Assembly (NCBI GenBank): GCA_020057295.1
Contig: JAGVGF010000003.1
Coordinates: forward strand, 128,001-192,000
Length of the DNA stretch: 64,000 nt
From: an archaeon
GTDB lineage: Archaea; Nanobdellota; Nanobdellia; Woesearchaeales; UBA9642
Direction: 5' to 3'
Of this stretch, positions 1-9,244 are shown piece by piece (within the stretch, counting starts at the first letter, position 1; each line of letters starts with the position of its first letter). Below the pieces are notes generated by a model. The model was not told where the DNA came from. It made no database searches and saw only the letters and a list, made by a program, of their open reading frames with translations. Position numbers and translations under genes: made by a program.

Positions 1-2117
1 TTCTTAATATACTCAGTTACTTCTTCCTTTTGAAATATTTTAGTGTATAATTCTTCTTGAAACTTTTTTGCAACATCTGTCCAATCTCCACGTACAAACT
101 CCATTCCTGTAAAGTGTAACTCTTCCTTATCATCATCCTTAACTATTAACCCAGCATATCTTTTCTTTGCTCCTTCATCCGATCCTCTGACTGTTGGCAT
201 CAAGAATATCTTGAATAATTTTTCAAATTGTAATTCTACAACACTTTCTCTATGAATCTCTTTTTTTATGTAATCATCAAAGAATTCATTAATGTGTTTC
301 TCTATTTTTTTACCAATCTTTCTTGCATCCTCAGTGTTTTTAGCCTTACTCACTATGAATATAGAGTCTGTATCTCCATAGATTACTTCGTATCCCATCT
401 CCTCGACTTTTTTTATTGCTAATTTGGTTGTTGCTTGACATGTATGCGTTATTGCGTTGCTTATTTCCGGATTGAAAAATCTACATGCAGGATTTCCTAA
501 AACTCCGTAGAATGAATTCATAATTATTTTTAGTGCATATATGGTCTCTGCTGTATCTTTGCGTCTTTTTGCTTCATCACGTTGATGCCAAACATCTTCA
601 ATAACTTTAGGCAGAATTCCTTCCTGATTCTTAAATACTGCACCATTAGCAGTTGTTATATATTTATCTTTGTTTAATATTTTAGGTCTATCTTTTGGAG
701 CAACGTAAGAATATGGATCAATATTATATGTTCTTATAATGCTAGGATATAGACTTTTGAAATCACAAACAAGTATATAGTCATAAAGTCCGGGTTTACT
801 TTGCATTACGAATCCGCCTTTGTTTGGTTCATCTTTTTCTGTAAATTTACTGCTGTTCAAAACAATTTTGCGTTTCTTAGCATATCTTAAGAATAGGCTG
901 TCAAGACTTGCAACACTTGCTCTGACTCTGTCAAGAGTCATTCCTGTTATCAACGATCTTAAAAGTGTTAACTGCATAGAGCCTGTTTTGTATAATATTT
1001 CATAAACGAATTCTGAATCTTGAAGATTATAATCAACAAGTTTCTGCTGATTATGTTTATAATAATTTTCTATATCTTCTCCCTTATGTTCGTGTCCTAT
1101 TATCTTCTTTTTACCTAGAAATTCTTCAGCAGCGGTGTCTAGCTTGTAGTTCTCAAGTTTTACAAAAGAAGTTTTAAGAATATGTATTCCATCTAAGACC
1201 ATTCTTCCAGGAAATTCTGCTGTTGAATCTTTCATGAATTCCTCATTAAGTTCTATCTTGCACGGCCAATCTATTCTTCCTAAAGTAAATGGAACTTTAT
1301 GTTCATCAAATTTTTGTTTAATAATCTTTAAATCAAAATCTATAAGATTCCATCCTGTGATAATATCAGGATCTATTTTATGAACTAATTCATGAAATTT
1401 TTCTAATAATTCCTTTTCATTATTTACAGTTAATGCATTATGTAAAGATTTGCCTAAATCTCTATCTTTTTCGTTAGCTACAATAATTACTTTTTTATAA
1501 TCTTCAGTATACAGTGATATGCAATAGATATTCTTATTTTTTGTATCGGTCTCTATATCTATAGAAAGAACTTTTAATGTTGGTCTCCATTCTATACCCT
1601 TTAGTTTTGGTTCCTCATAAATTCTGTCTACAAATTTTCCTTTCTTAAATTTTCCAGAAAGTTCTAAACTACCTTTTATATCATGATCTATTAAAAATCT
1701 TTGATAAAATCTTATATCTGCTTCATAACAATTAATATCATAATCATCCTCGAGTGTCTTCCTAAGCTTTGGGACATCTGCTGGAAGATCCGCAATAACT
1801 TTAATTACTTCTTCATCACCAAAGTCTTTAAAGTCTGTATATTCGACTTCTGTCATAAAACTCTTAAAGAGTTTGTCTAATCTTTCTTTATGTTTTTTAT
1901 AATTATTTTTTGAAATGTAAAAATAAGGTCTAAATTCGTTTATCGTTAAGAAACTTTCATTATTCTCTAATTTTCCAAATAAATAAACATAGGATTTCTT
2001 AGTTTTTTTCCCATCTACTTCGGATTCAACAATTCTATACGTAGGATATACTACATATCCTTTTAATTTTTCTTTGTTTTCAGAATCTTTTATTATTTCG
2101 TGCTTAGAATCGTGCAT
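1..2117 (-). CDS. polB: Family B DNA polymerase, bacterial Pol II-like (runs off the window start)
   Basis: Not in the ORF track. Manual translation from ATG 2117 (MHDSKHEII...) gives exonuclease motifs SIDIET and ITGWNLIDFD, and polymerase motifs CDFKSLYPSII, KIIMNSFYG, YGDTDS and KKRYAG. Confidence 0.95.
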   Translation of the reverse strand, partial: MHDSKHEIIKDSENKEKLKGYVVYPTYRIVESEVDGKKTKKSYVYLFGKLENNESFLTINEFRPYFYISKNNYKKHKERLDKLFKSFMTEVEYTDFKDFGDEEVIKVIADLPADVPKLRKTLEDDYDINCYEADIRFYQRFLIDHDIKGSLELSGKFKKGKFVDRIYEEPKLKGIEWRPTLKVLSIDIETDTKNKNIYCISLYTEDYKKVIIVANEKDRDLGKSLHNALTVNNEKELLEKFHELVHKIDPDIITGWNLIDFDLKIIKQKFDEHKVPFTLGRIDWPCKIELNEEFMKDSTAEFPGRMVLDGIHILKTSFVKLENYKLDTAAEEFLGKKKIIGHEHKGEDIENYYKHNQQKLVDYNLQDSEFVYEILYKTGSMQLTLLRSLITGMTLDRVRASVASLDSLFLRYAKKRKIVLNSSKFTEKDEPNKGGFVMQSKPGLYDYILVCDFKSLYPSIIRTYNIDPYSYVAPKDRPKILNKDKYITTANGAVFKNQEGILPKVIEDVWHQRDEAKRRKDTAETIYALKIIMNSFYGVLGNPACRFFNPEISNAITHTCQATTKLAIKKVEEMGYEVIYGDTDSIFIVSKAKNTEDARKIGKKIEKHINEFFDDYIKKEIHRESVVELQFEKLFKIFLMPTVRGSDEGAKKRYAGLIVKDDDKEELHFTGMEFVRGDWTDVAKKFQEELYTKIFQKEEVTEYIK

Positions 2118-2184
2118 AAAGAAAATACGTTTATACTGTTTATAATTTTTATTATAATTTATCTAAAGATTGACTTATATTTTA

Positions 2185-3339
2185 TTATTCAAAACAAGGC
2201 CTTAGTGTTTCGCTATCTATTCGTTCTGTGCTGAATATTGCTGTAGCTCTTCCTTTATCTAATTTATCTGGAGACCAATATTCCCAAACTTTCTCGCCTT
2301 TTCTTGTTATTTCAAATATGTGGTCTTTGCGCGATTCTGTGATTAGAAAATTGCCGTTTGGAAGCATTCTTACAGCTCCCTGCGACGCGGAAAAGAAAGT
2401 TTGTTTAATAGGTTTGGCCGTATATTCCCATACTACGTTGTTGTTGATTGGATTAATTTCCATAACACTGCTATATCCTCTATAGAATCCGTTATTGAAT
2501 ATTATTATATTTCCGTTCTCCAATACTTTAGCACTGTGTTGTCCTTCTAGACCTTTATTATAAAACCATATTAGTTCTTGTTTTTCTGGATCTATTATGC
2601 TTATAGCATTTATATGTCTTGAAGAAATTAATATATATCCTTGCTTCAAATATGAGTTATATGTTTTATTAATTACTTCTAAACTGTTTGAGTGTAGCAT
2701 ATCTGAGCTAAATTTGTTTGCATCACTGTATGTTGATGAAGCATTTAATATATACTCCGTGCTTATATTCTTTAACAATATTGATAGTAATGACGTTTTA
2801 CTCATTATTGTTCCATTAATTGATAATACTTGTATTTCATCATCGGATACGTTCATTATCTTGTTTCCTTTTATAAGATATTTATATTTACTGACCAATA
2901 CATATATTGTGTTATTGTATATTTGCATTGAGTGATGAGCATCGATTTTTTTAGTCCACAAATTTTCAGAGTTTTTATTAAATAGTCCTAAAGCAGTATT
3001 TCTCTGCATTGCTAATACACTACAATTTTCCATTAGAACAAAGTGTTTAGCAGGTTCTTTTCCTTTGAATGTTATATTCCATTCATAAACGTATTTGCCG
3101 TTCATGTCCATTGCCACAAGCGCATTATCTTGCCTATAAAATAAATTTATTCCGTTATATGCTTTTTCAGAATCGTATATTGTTACTCCTTTGTTTTTAT
3201 TCAAGTCCATAATAGTATCTGAAAATTTATTCCACACTTGTTTACGAACGTATACGCTATTTAGAAAAAATGTAGATATTAATATTAATCCAATCAAAAC
3301 GATACAGTAAAAGGCAATTATTTTAAATTTGTTATTCAT
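2185..3339 (-). CDS. Arylsulfotransferase (ASST)-like beta-propeller protein with N-terminal membrane anchor
   Basis: Motifs HHS, LHSNS, ISSRH, QHSA, IFNNG and QGAVRMLPNGNFLITE; N-terminal hydrophobic helix. Confidence 0.8.
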   Translation of the reverse strand: MNNKFKIIAFYCIVLIGLILISTFFLNSVYVRKQVWNKFSDTIMDLNKNKGVTIYDSEKAYNGINLFYRQDNALVAMDMNGKYVYEWNITFKGKEPAKHFVLMENCSVLAMQRNTALGLFNKNSENLWTKKIDAHHSMQIYNNTIYVLVSKYKYLIKGNKIMNVSDDEIQVLSINGTIMSKTSLLSILLKNISTEYILNASSTYSDANKFSSDMLHSNSLEVINKTYNSYLKQGYILISSRHINAISIIDPEKQELIWFYNKGLEGQHSAKVLENGNIIIFNNGFYRGYSSVMEINPINNNVVWEYTAKPIKQTFFSASQGAVRMLPNGNFLITESRKDHIFEITRKGEKVWEYWSPDKLDKGRATAIFSTERIDSETLRPCFE

Positions 3340-3412
3340 GTGAACTGCTCCCGCTAGTATACTTTACAGCTCACCCTTTTTTAATATCTTATTGTTATTC
3401 TATTTATAATTT

Positions 3413-3631
3413 TTACTCTTCTTTATCTTCAATTTTGGTTATTGTTATACATTTTACAGGACATGCTTCTTCAGCTTCTTTATTTATCTTAAACTCTGAT
3501 TGTTCGATAGTATCGTTAACTACTTTAGCTTTATCTCCATCAGGAATAAAATTTTCACACACTACAGTGCATGCCTTACATCCTATACATGTCTTTTCAT
3601 CAAGTTCAATTTTATATTTAGCCATACTCAT
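3413..3631 (-). CDS. Single-cluster ferredoxin
   Basis: CIGCKACTVVC and ACPVKCI motifs. Start is ATG 3631 or 3625. Confidence 0.9.
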   Translation of the reverse strand: MSMAKYKIELDEKTCIGCKACTVVCENFIPDGDKAKVVNDTIEQSEFKINKEAEEACPVKCITITKIEDKEE

Positions 3632-3699
3632 AGGACTCAAAAACTGTTTAAAAAGCTTTCTTTAACAAAAGATATAAATAAGTATTCGTAAGATGAAGT

Positions 3700-3930
3700 A
3701 TGAATAAGAATTTTTATATGTTATCTACATTAATATATGCTTTTATTTTTGTTGTAGCATTTGCTCTTAGCATATATTTCGGACTACAGAAACAATGGCT
3801 TCTCATGATTATTGCTATTCTTATGATGTTGACATGTCTTGACAATTTCTTCTGTGGATCTCGAGCTTGTAATGCAGGTTATCATATTAAAACACACTAC
3901 GCATTACCGCCTTTTCTGAAAAAGAAATGA
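3700..3930 (+). CDS. Small two-helix membrane protein, hypothetical
   Basis: Two hydrophobic segments; TATA-like TATAAATA just upstream. Confidence 0.6.
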   Translation: MNKNFYMLSTLIYAFIFVVAFALSIYFGLQKQWLLMIIAILMMLTCLDNFFCGSRACNAGYHIKTHYALPPFLKKK

Positions 3931-3969
3931 TTTAGAAAGATTAATAAATCCTTTTTTACATTTCTTATT

Positions 3970-4626
3970 ATGTCAAATTTGTCGAACACATTTTTTGTTA
4001 AATCTCTGGAAGAGGATTTCTATACTAAAACTCTTAAAGGAACAAAGAAAGTTAATTTTCAAAGCATCTCAGATATTATAACAAAAAAACGGATATTGCC
4101 TAATACTAAAAGTTTCGGTAGAAAAAGACGTCTCAGCACGACTATTTTAAGTAATCACTATCTTAAAACATATCGTCCTCAAGGAATAATATTTCAAACA
4201 AAACAAAAGCCGAAGTATGTCTTGCCTTGTGATCTGGTTCTTTTAAGCAGAGCGGACAAGATTGTTGTTCATTATTACAGAATAAAGAATAATCTACACA
4301 CCTATTACAATCACGAACTGATTGGTGGTTTTGAGGGCTTCGTATTTGAAGATTTTGATTCGATGGTCAAACAATTTCCATCACCTAAAAAAGTTTGGTC
4401 AGTCGTCAATACTTTTAGAAAAAAAGCCGGATATCCTGTTCTTCACAAAGAAAAATATCGCCTTGTAGAATACAATGAAGTTGTTTTTCAAAGTCCTGTA
4501 AACATAACTCCTGTTGCAGTATTCGGATATAGAAAAGAGGCAAGAATAATTGCAAAAAGATTTAATCTTCCTTACTATTCTTCAGCAAAAGACTTCTGGA
4601 AAAAGACGAAGAAAAATTTTAAGTAG
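3970..4626 (+). CDS. Hypothetical basic protein (possible ADP-ribosyltransferase-like fold)
   Basis: 218-aa ORF; LSTT and YNEVVF segments loosely resemble the ART S-T-S and catalytic Glu strands. Confidence 0.55.
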   Translation: MSNLSNTFFVKSLEEDFYTKTLKGTKKVNFQSISDIITKKRILPNTKSFGRKRRLSTTILSNHYLKTYRPQGIIFQTKQKPKYVLPCDLVLLSRADKIVVHYYRIKNNLHTYYNHELIGGFEGFVFEDFDSMVKQFPSPKKVWSVVNTFRKKAGYPVLHKEKYRLVEYNEVVFQSPVNITPVAVFGYRKEARIIAKRFNLPYYSSAKDFWKKTKKNFK

Positions 4627-4638
4627 ATTTGTTTCGAT

Positions 4639-5508
4639 TTACTTCTTCTGATACATGCTTACTCTTAAGATTATTCCATAGATAGGACTTTCTGCTAGAT
4701 GATTTAAATATTTTTTAGCTTCAAATTTACTTTTCAATGCAAAAACGATTCTTTTACTATATATATTATACCTTTTTGATTCCTGTTCTGTTAATTCTCT
4801 GTTAAATGTTATTTCTATGCACCAAAATCCTGCTCTGATAACTTCATCACTAACTACTGCTTTTCCATTTCCAACAAGTTCTATAAATGAATCAGCGTAC
4901 TGCTCGAGTTCTTCGATAAAATGATCTACTATTATCAATGTTTTTCCAGCATTTTTCAATGCATATAATAACTTCCATATTTGTTCGCGTGTATCCTTGT
5001 CAAGCCCTGCCATCGGTTCATCCAATAAGATTATATTAGGATTATGTATAAGACTTATCGCGAGATCTAATCGTTTTTGCATTCCGCCGCTTAGTTGTTT
5101 CGCAAGTTTATTTTCGTGTTCAATCAATCCTACTGTTGTTAACAATGATTTTGTTTGATTTGTTATGCTGTCCTTATTCATATCTGCCATGGTTCCATAG
5201 AATTCCATATTTTCTTTTACTGTAAGATCTTTATAGAAACTACTATGTTGAAAAGAAAAACCTATGTGTTGAAATAGTTTCTCTGGTTGAATTTTTTCCC
5301 CGAGATAATATAATTCTATATTATTTGGTGTTAGCATTCCAGTTATACAATTGAGTAGTGTAGATTTGCCACTGCCGCTTTTCCCTATTATTCCTACCAT
5401 ACTATTCTCTTTTATCTCTATATTAATATTAGAGAATATCTTATTATCTTTAAAATTAAGATTTAAATTTTTTATTTCTAATATATTTATTTTATCTTGA
5501 TTTGTCAT
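4639..5508 (-). CDS. ABC exporter ATP-binding subunit
   Basis: Walker A GKSGSGKST, signature LSGGMQKR, Walker B LLDEP. Confidence 0.93.
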   Translation of the reverse strand: MTNQDKINILEIKNLNLNFKDNKIFSNINIEIKENSMVGIIGKSGSGKSTLLNCITGMLTPNNIELYYLGEKIQPEKLFQHIGFSFQHSSFYKDLTVKENMEFYGTMADMNKDSITNQTKSLLTTVGLIEHENKLAKQLSGGMQKRLDLAISLIHNPNIILLDEPMAGLDKDTREQIWKLLYALKNAGKTLIIVDHFIEELEQYADSFIELVGNGKAVVSDEVIRAGFWCIEITFNRELTEQESKRYNIYSKRIVFALKSKFEAKKYLNHLAESPIYGIILRVSMYQKK

Positions 5509-5509
5509 A

Positions 5510-7354
5510 TTAATTCTTATTTTGGTTCTTTTTGTAAATTTTTGTTATCCATAGTACTATTATCAATACGGCTATTGTTACTATAAATCCTACATTTATA
5601 GGCAATGCTTCACTTGTGACATCTACTGATGAGACATAATTTATTCTCAATAGTTCTGCAAGCATCATAAAAGGATTAATGCTTGTGAAAAAAGCTAAAT
5701 ATTTCGGATACACTTCCAGTGGTATAAGGACATCACTCATCATAAATATTAATATTCCTACAGTTACGGAAACAAATATTGCTGTATCCAACGAATCATA
5801 CATCTCCGCTAGTATAAATCCCACAAGTATCCATATTATTATATACAGTATTATTGTGAAAATTATTATGTGTATATTATGCAATGAATCTAGGCCGAAG
5901 AATAATTTAAATCCTATAAATATCACCAGCAATTCTGTCAAAATAAGGATTAAAACAAATATGAAATCACCCATAACTATATATTTCATATCTGCAAATA
6001 ATTCGTTTCTCTTACTTGCTGCGCTTTTTCGCTCGTAGTATCTTACAGTTAAGCCTATTAACAATGATGTCATCATCACTATGAAACAAATTATTACAGG
6101 AAATAAATATGCTAATTTAGTGTCATTGTTTGTGAATGTTGCTATGGATTGCTTTATAGGATTAGATAATTTATCAGGATTTAGCGCAGCGTTAAGCCCG
6201 TTCATAAGTGATTGTATTTTGTCAATGCTTGCTGTTATCCCTTCCTCTCTTTGTCCTGCGTTATCTAGATTATATCTTTGTGCATCTAGGTATGTTTGTA
6301 TATTTAATTGTCCTGCATTTACATTGTTCACCTCGTTTGAAACTTGCAAGTTATATGTTTGAATTTGTGATTTCGTAGATTCTATTTGTGCTATAGTGTT
6401 TGATATCATAGAGTCAGCGTTTGTTAAATCATTTTCTAATATTGCTAACTGATTGTCATAATCTACAGTCATATAATAGAATGTGGCTTCCATCGAACAT
6501 ATTGATTGTGTATCAGCCGATAACTTGCTATAATCAAAATTCTCTGTTATTGCTGGATAATAATTAGTTCCTTGATTATTACATGTTATTCGCCAAGCAT
6601 TCTGTATATTGTTTCTGGCATTTGACGTTTTGGTTTTGAGAAGAGTTACTTTTTCTCTGTATGCTCTTACTTTTGATTGTTGAAGAATTAAATCCGATTC
6701 TGAATTGCTAATATCGTTGTATGCTTGCTGTAAATTATTTCCTGTAGTTAATAACTGCAATCGAACTCTTGTAGATTCAGCATTTATCTTATCACTTATT
6801 GTGCCGACGTCATTTTTTGTAGAGGATATTAACGTTTTGAAAAATTCCATCTGTTCTTTTGCTTCTCCAAATCCCAGATTTTGCGAATCAGTTGCAAGAC
6901 GCATATTTGATACACTTTGATATATTATCTGACGTTCCATAGTTGATATTATGTTTTTTAGTGTGTCAGATATTATTAGGGTTATTGAAGACCTAGAATA
7001 ATCCAGTATCATCTTAGCATCAAAATGATATCTATCATCCGGATCAGGATATGATATTATAAGACATGCATGTAAGAGATGTTTCTGAAGTAGCGTTGTA
7101 CATTCTTGTTCACTACGTACTTTCACGAGGTTAAGTTTGTCTACATTTTGCAATGCGGTTTCTATCAATGATGTCGACTCAGTATGAGGTGTATATAATC
7201 CTATGTTGATGTTGCTTGTCAATGCACTTGATTGATATGATAATCCTATAAGAATAACGAAGAGTATAGGACCAAATATTATCGCCAGGGTCATCTCAGG
7301 ATTTCTGATTGATGTTTTGTAATTCTTCCTAATCACTGCCCAAAGTTTTCCCAT
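5510..7354 (-). CDS. ABC-2 type permease with long extracellular coiled-coil (YhgE/Pip-like architecture)
   Basis: N-terminal TM helix, long helical Q/N/S-rich region, several C-terminal TM helices; directly upstream of the ATPase gene. Confidence 0.8.
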   Translation of the reverse strand: MGKLWAVIRKNYKTSIRNPEMTLAIIFGPILFVILIGLSYQSSALTSNINIGLYTPHTESTSLIETALQNVDKLNLVKVRSEQECTTLLQKHLLHACLIISYPDPDDRYHFDAKMILDYSRSSITLIISDTLKNIISTMERQIIYQSVSNMRLATDSQNLGFGEAKEQMEFFKTLISSTKNDVGTISDKINAESTRVRLQLLTTGNNLQQAYNDISNSESDLILQQSKVRAYREKVTLLKTKTSNARNNIQNAWRITCNNQGTNYYPAITENFDYSKLSADTQSICSMEATFYYMTVDYDNQLAILENDLTNADSMISNTIAQIESTKSQIQTYNLQVSNEVNNVNAGQLNIQTYLDAQRYNLDNAGQREEGITASIDKIQSLMNGLNAALNPDKLSNPIKQSIATFTNNDTKLAYLFPVIICFIVMMTSLLIGLTVRYYERKSAASKRNELFADMKYIVMGDFIFVLILILTELLVIFIGFKLFFGLDSLHNIHIIIFTIILYIIIWILVGFILAEMYDSLDTAIFVSVTVGILIFMMSDVLIPLEVYPKYLAFFTSINPFMMLAELLRINYVSSVDVTSEALPINVGFIVTIAVLIIVLWITKIYKKNQNKN

Positions 7355-7432
7355 CTTATTAAGTCTCTTTGAGCCTATTTAAAGCTTTTTTATTATTGCG
7401 TAATAACAATTTATATTTTGTTTAGAATTTAA

Positions 7433-7502
7433 ATGCGGTCTCAGGGTGTTTTCTTCGTCCTCATGTTATTTCAGACGGGAATAACTTCATCATTGACCGC
7501 AT
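7433..7502 (-). ncRNA. Box C/D 2'-O-methylation guide sRNA
   Basis: Minus strand reads ATGCGGTC-A-ATGATGA(C)-AGTTATTCCCGT-CTGA(D')-AATAAC-ATGAGGA(C')-CGAAGAAAACACC-CTGA(D)-GACCGCAT, with an 8-bp terminal stem and 12/13-nt guides. A TATA box (minus ATTTATAT, 7523-7530) lies upstream. Nop5 and fibrillarin are encoded in the window. Confidence 0.92.
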
Positions 7503-7630
7503 ACTTAGGATAAGATATTAGAATATAAATGTTGTTCTGTGATTATTTATTCTCTTGTGTAATTTAGTCTGTTTTATTTCCTTACTATTAAATAGTAATA
7601 TTTATATACTCTTTTTTGTTTTCGAGAAAC

Positions 7631-8350
7631 ATGTTTAAGACTCAATCATTACTAAATATAGATGATGCTGTGATGGTTTCAGGATTAGCTCTTGAAGATG
7701 CTCTTAAAGATATCTCTCTTCAATCAGGTGTAAGATTAGAATGCGGAGAACCATCTAAGCCGCAGTCTATGGATCCGCGTTATTCATTTAAGACTACTGT
7801 AGATATTTCTGGGATTGTTGGTGTTTCTAACGCAACAATATGCTTTCTTGAACCTGGTGATGGAACAGGATCAGCAGATGATTATCAGAATGTTAACGCA
7901 AAACCAAATCATGTGCCAAGAAATAAATCAGGATTCGCAGAATTAATGATTCCGATAGGAACATTCTATAATCATCATTTTGTTCCACACCTAGTTTCTT
8001 TAGAAGAAGTAGTATTACAACGTAAAAATCTTAGACATTATGGTTCTCTTGTAATGCATCCTAAGAAATATCAGCAAGCAATAATAGATTTACATGAAGA
8101 TGGTGCAGTAGTTTATGAAACAACACTTATTAGACCAACATTTATTCAAGGAGTCTTTGGAAATCCTCACGCTACACGATTCAATGAAGATATAATTAAC
8201 AATGTTAACTCGTGTTATTGTAATTGGTTACAAGTAGCAGCATTCATTGCTTTACCTAAAGATAATGAAGACGCAAAAAGATTAGTGCGTTACTCATTAA
8301 GAAAAAGAGAAGATTCAGGCATAATATTAACACATCCTAAAGACGAGTAA
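7631..8350 (+). CDS. Hypothetical protein
   Basis: Long ORF; ATG 7631 follows TTTATATA (7601-7608). No family recognised. Confidence 0.7.
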   Translation: MFKTQSLLNIDDAVMVSGLALEDALKDISLQSGVRLECGEPSKPQSMDPRYSFKTTVDISGIVGVSNATICFLEPGDGTGSADDYQNVNAKPNHVPRNKSGFAELMIPIGTFYNHHFVPHLVSLEEVVLQRKNLRHYGSLVMHPKKYQQAIIDLHEDGAVVYETTLIRPTFIQGVFGNPHATRFNEDIINNVNSCYCNWLQVAAFIALPKDNEDAKRLVRYSLRKREDSGIILTHPKDE

Positions 8351-8414
8351 ATTTTTGAAAATTTATCTAGAAATACAAAAAATAAAATCAATAAAATAAA
8401 AAAATTATTCTCGC

Positions 8415-9233
8415 TTACAATAATGGATTTTGTCCACCGTATAATGCGTAGAATTTTCCGTTCTTGAATTCTAATGAGAATATATCTGTCTTTACACTTG
8501 TGCTTCTCATTTTTACGATGCTAACTTCTCTGACAACATTTCTTCTAAATTGCGATAATCTAATATATATTATACCATCACATAAGAAATCTTCTACACC
8601 ATATTCTGAATATCGTGATCCATCAAGTGGCATTTCAGATATTAAGTAAGATGTTACTTGCATCTCTCTCAAAAATTCGAATACATAGAATAGTTCAATT
8701 CTGGGATTCTCGAATTTGGATAAGACGTATAACGCTGATAGAGAGTCTATAACTACCATGTCGACTCCTAAATCTGTTTTTACTTTCTTGATTAAGTTCT
8801 TTATAACATTTAACCATCCAGCATTTTGACTTGTTGCTATCTTTGCATCTTTAATTTCTTTACGTATACATCCTAAGTCTGCAAATATTAGTGTTCCTTT
8901 CTTTGAATTTTTTAGTTGCGCAATATTTGCTCCGATGTTGGATAGGTCGTTGATTAATAAAATATTTACTTTGGTGAGATCGTAGCCCATATTTATTACA
9001 TGATTTAACAATGATGGATAGGATTGTTCTAATGTAAAATATACTGCTGTCTTACCTTTCAGTGCTTCATTGTATAATGTATTAAAGCATACTGATGATT
9101 TCATTGTACCAGCGGCACCACATATTAGTGTGATATATCCTTCTGGTATTCCTCCCTCCATTACTTCATCCAATCCTTGGATGTATAAGGGAATTCTTTT
9201 GATTTCTCCTTGTTTTGTTATTATCCTATCCAT
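8415..9233 (-). CDS. KaiC/RAD55-family RecA-superfamily ATPase
   Basis: GLDEVMEGGIP, Walker A variant GAAGTMKS, TLEQ, Walker B VVIDSLS, C-terminal IVKMR. Confidence 0.9.
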   Translation of the reverse strand: MDRIITKQGEIKRIPLYIQGLDEVMEGGIPEGYITLICGAAGTMKSSVCFNTLYNEALKGKTAVYFTLEQSYPSLLNHVINMGYDLTKVNILLINDLSNIGANIAQLKNSKKGTLIFADLGCIRKEIKDAKIATSQNAGWLNVIKNLIKKVKTDLGVDMVVIDSLSALYVLSKFENPRIELFYVFEFLREMQVTSYLISEMPLDGSRYSEYGVEDFLCDGIIYIRLSQFRRNVVREVSIVKMRSTSVKTDIFSLEFKNGKFYALYGGQNPLL

Positions 9234-9244
9234 TTTTTCCTCAC

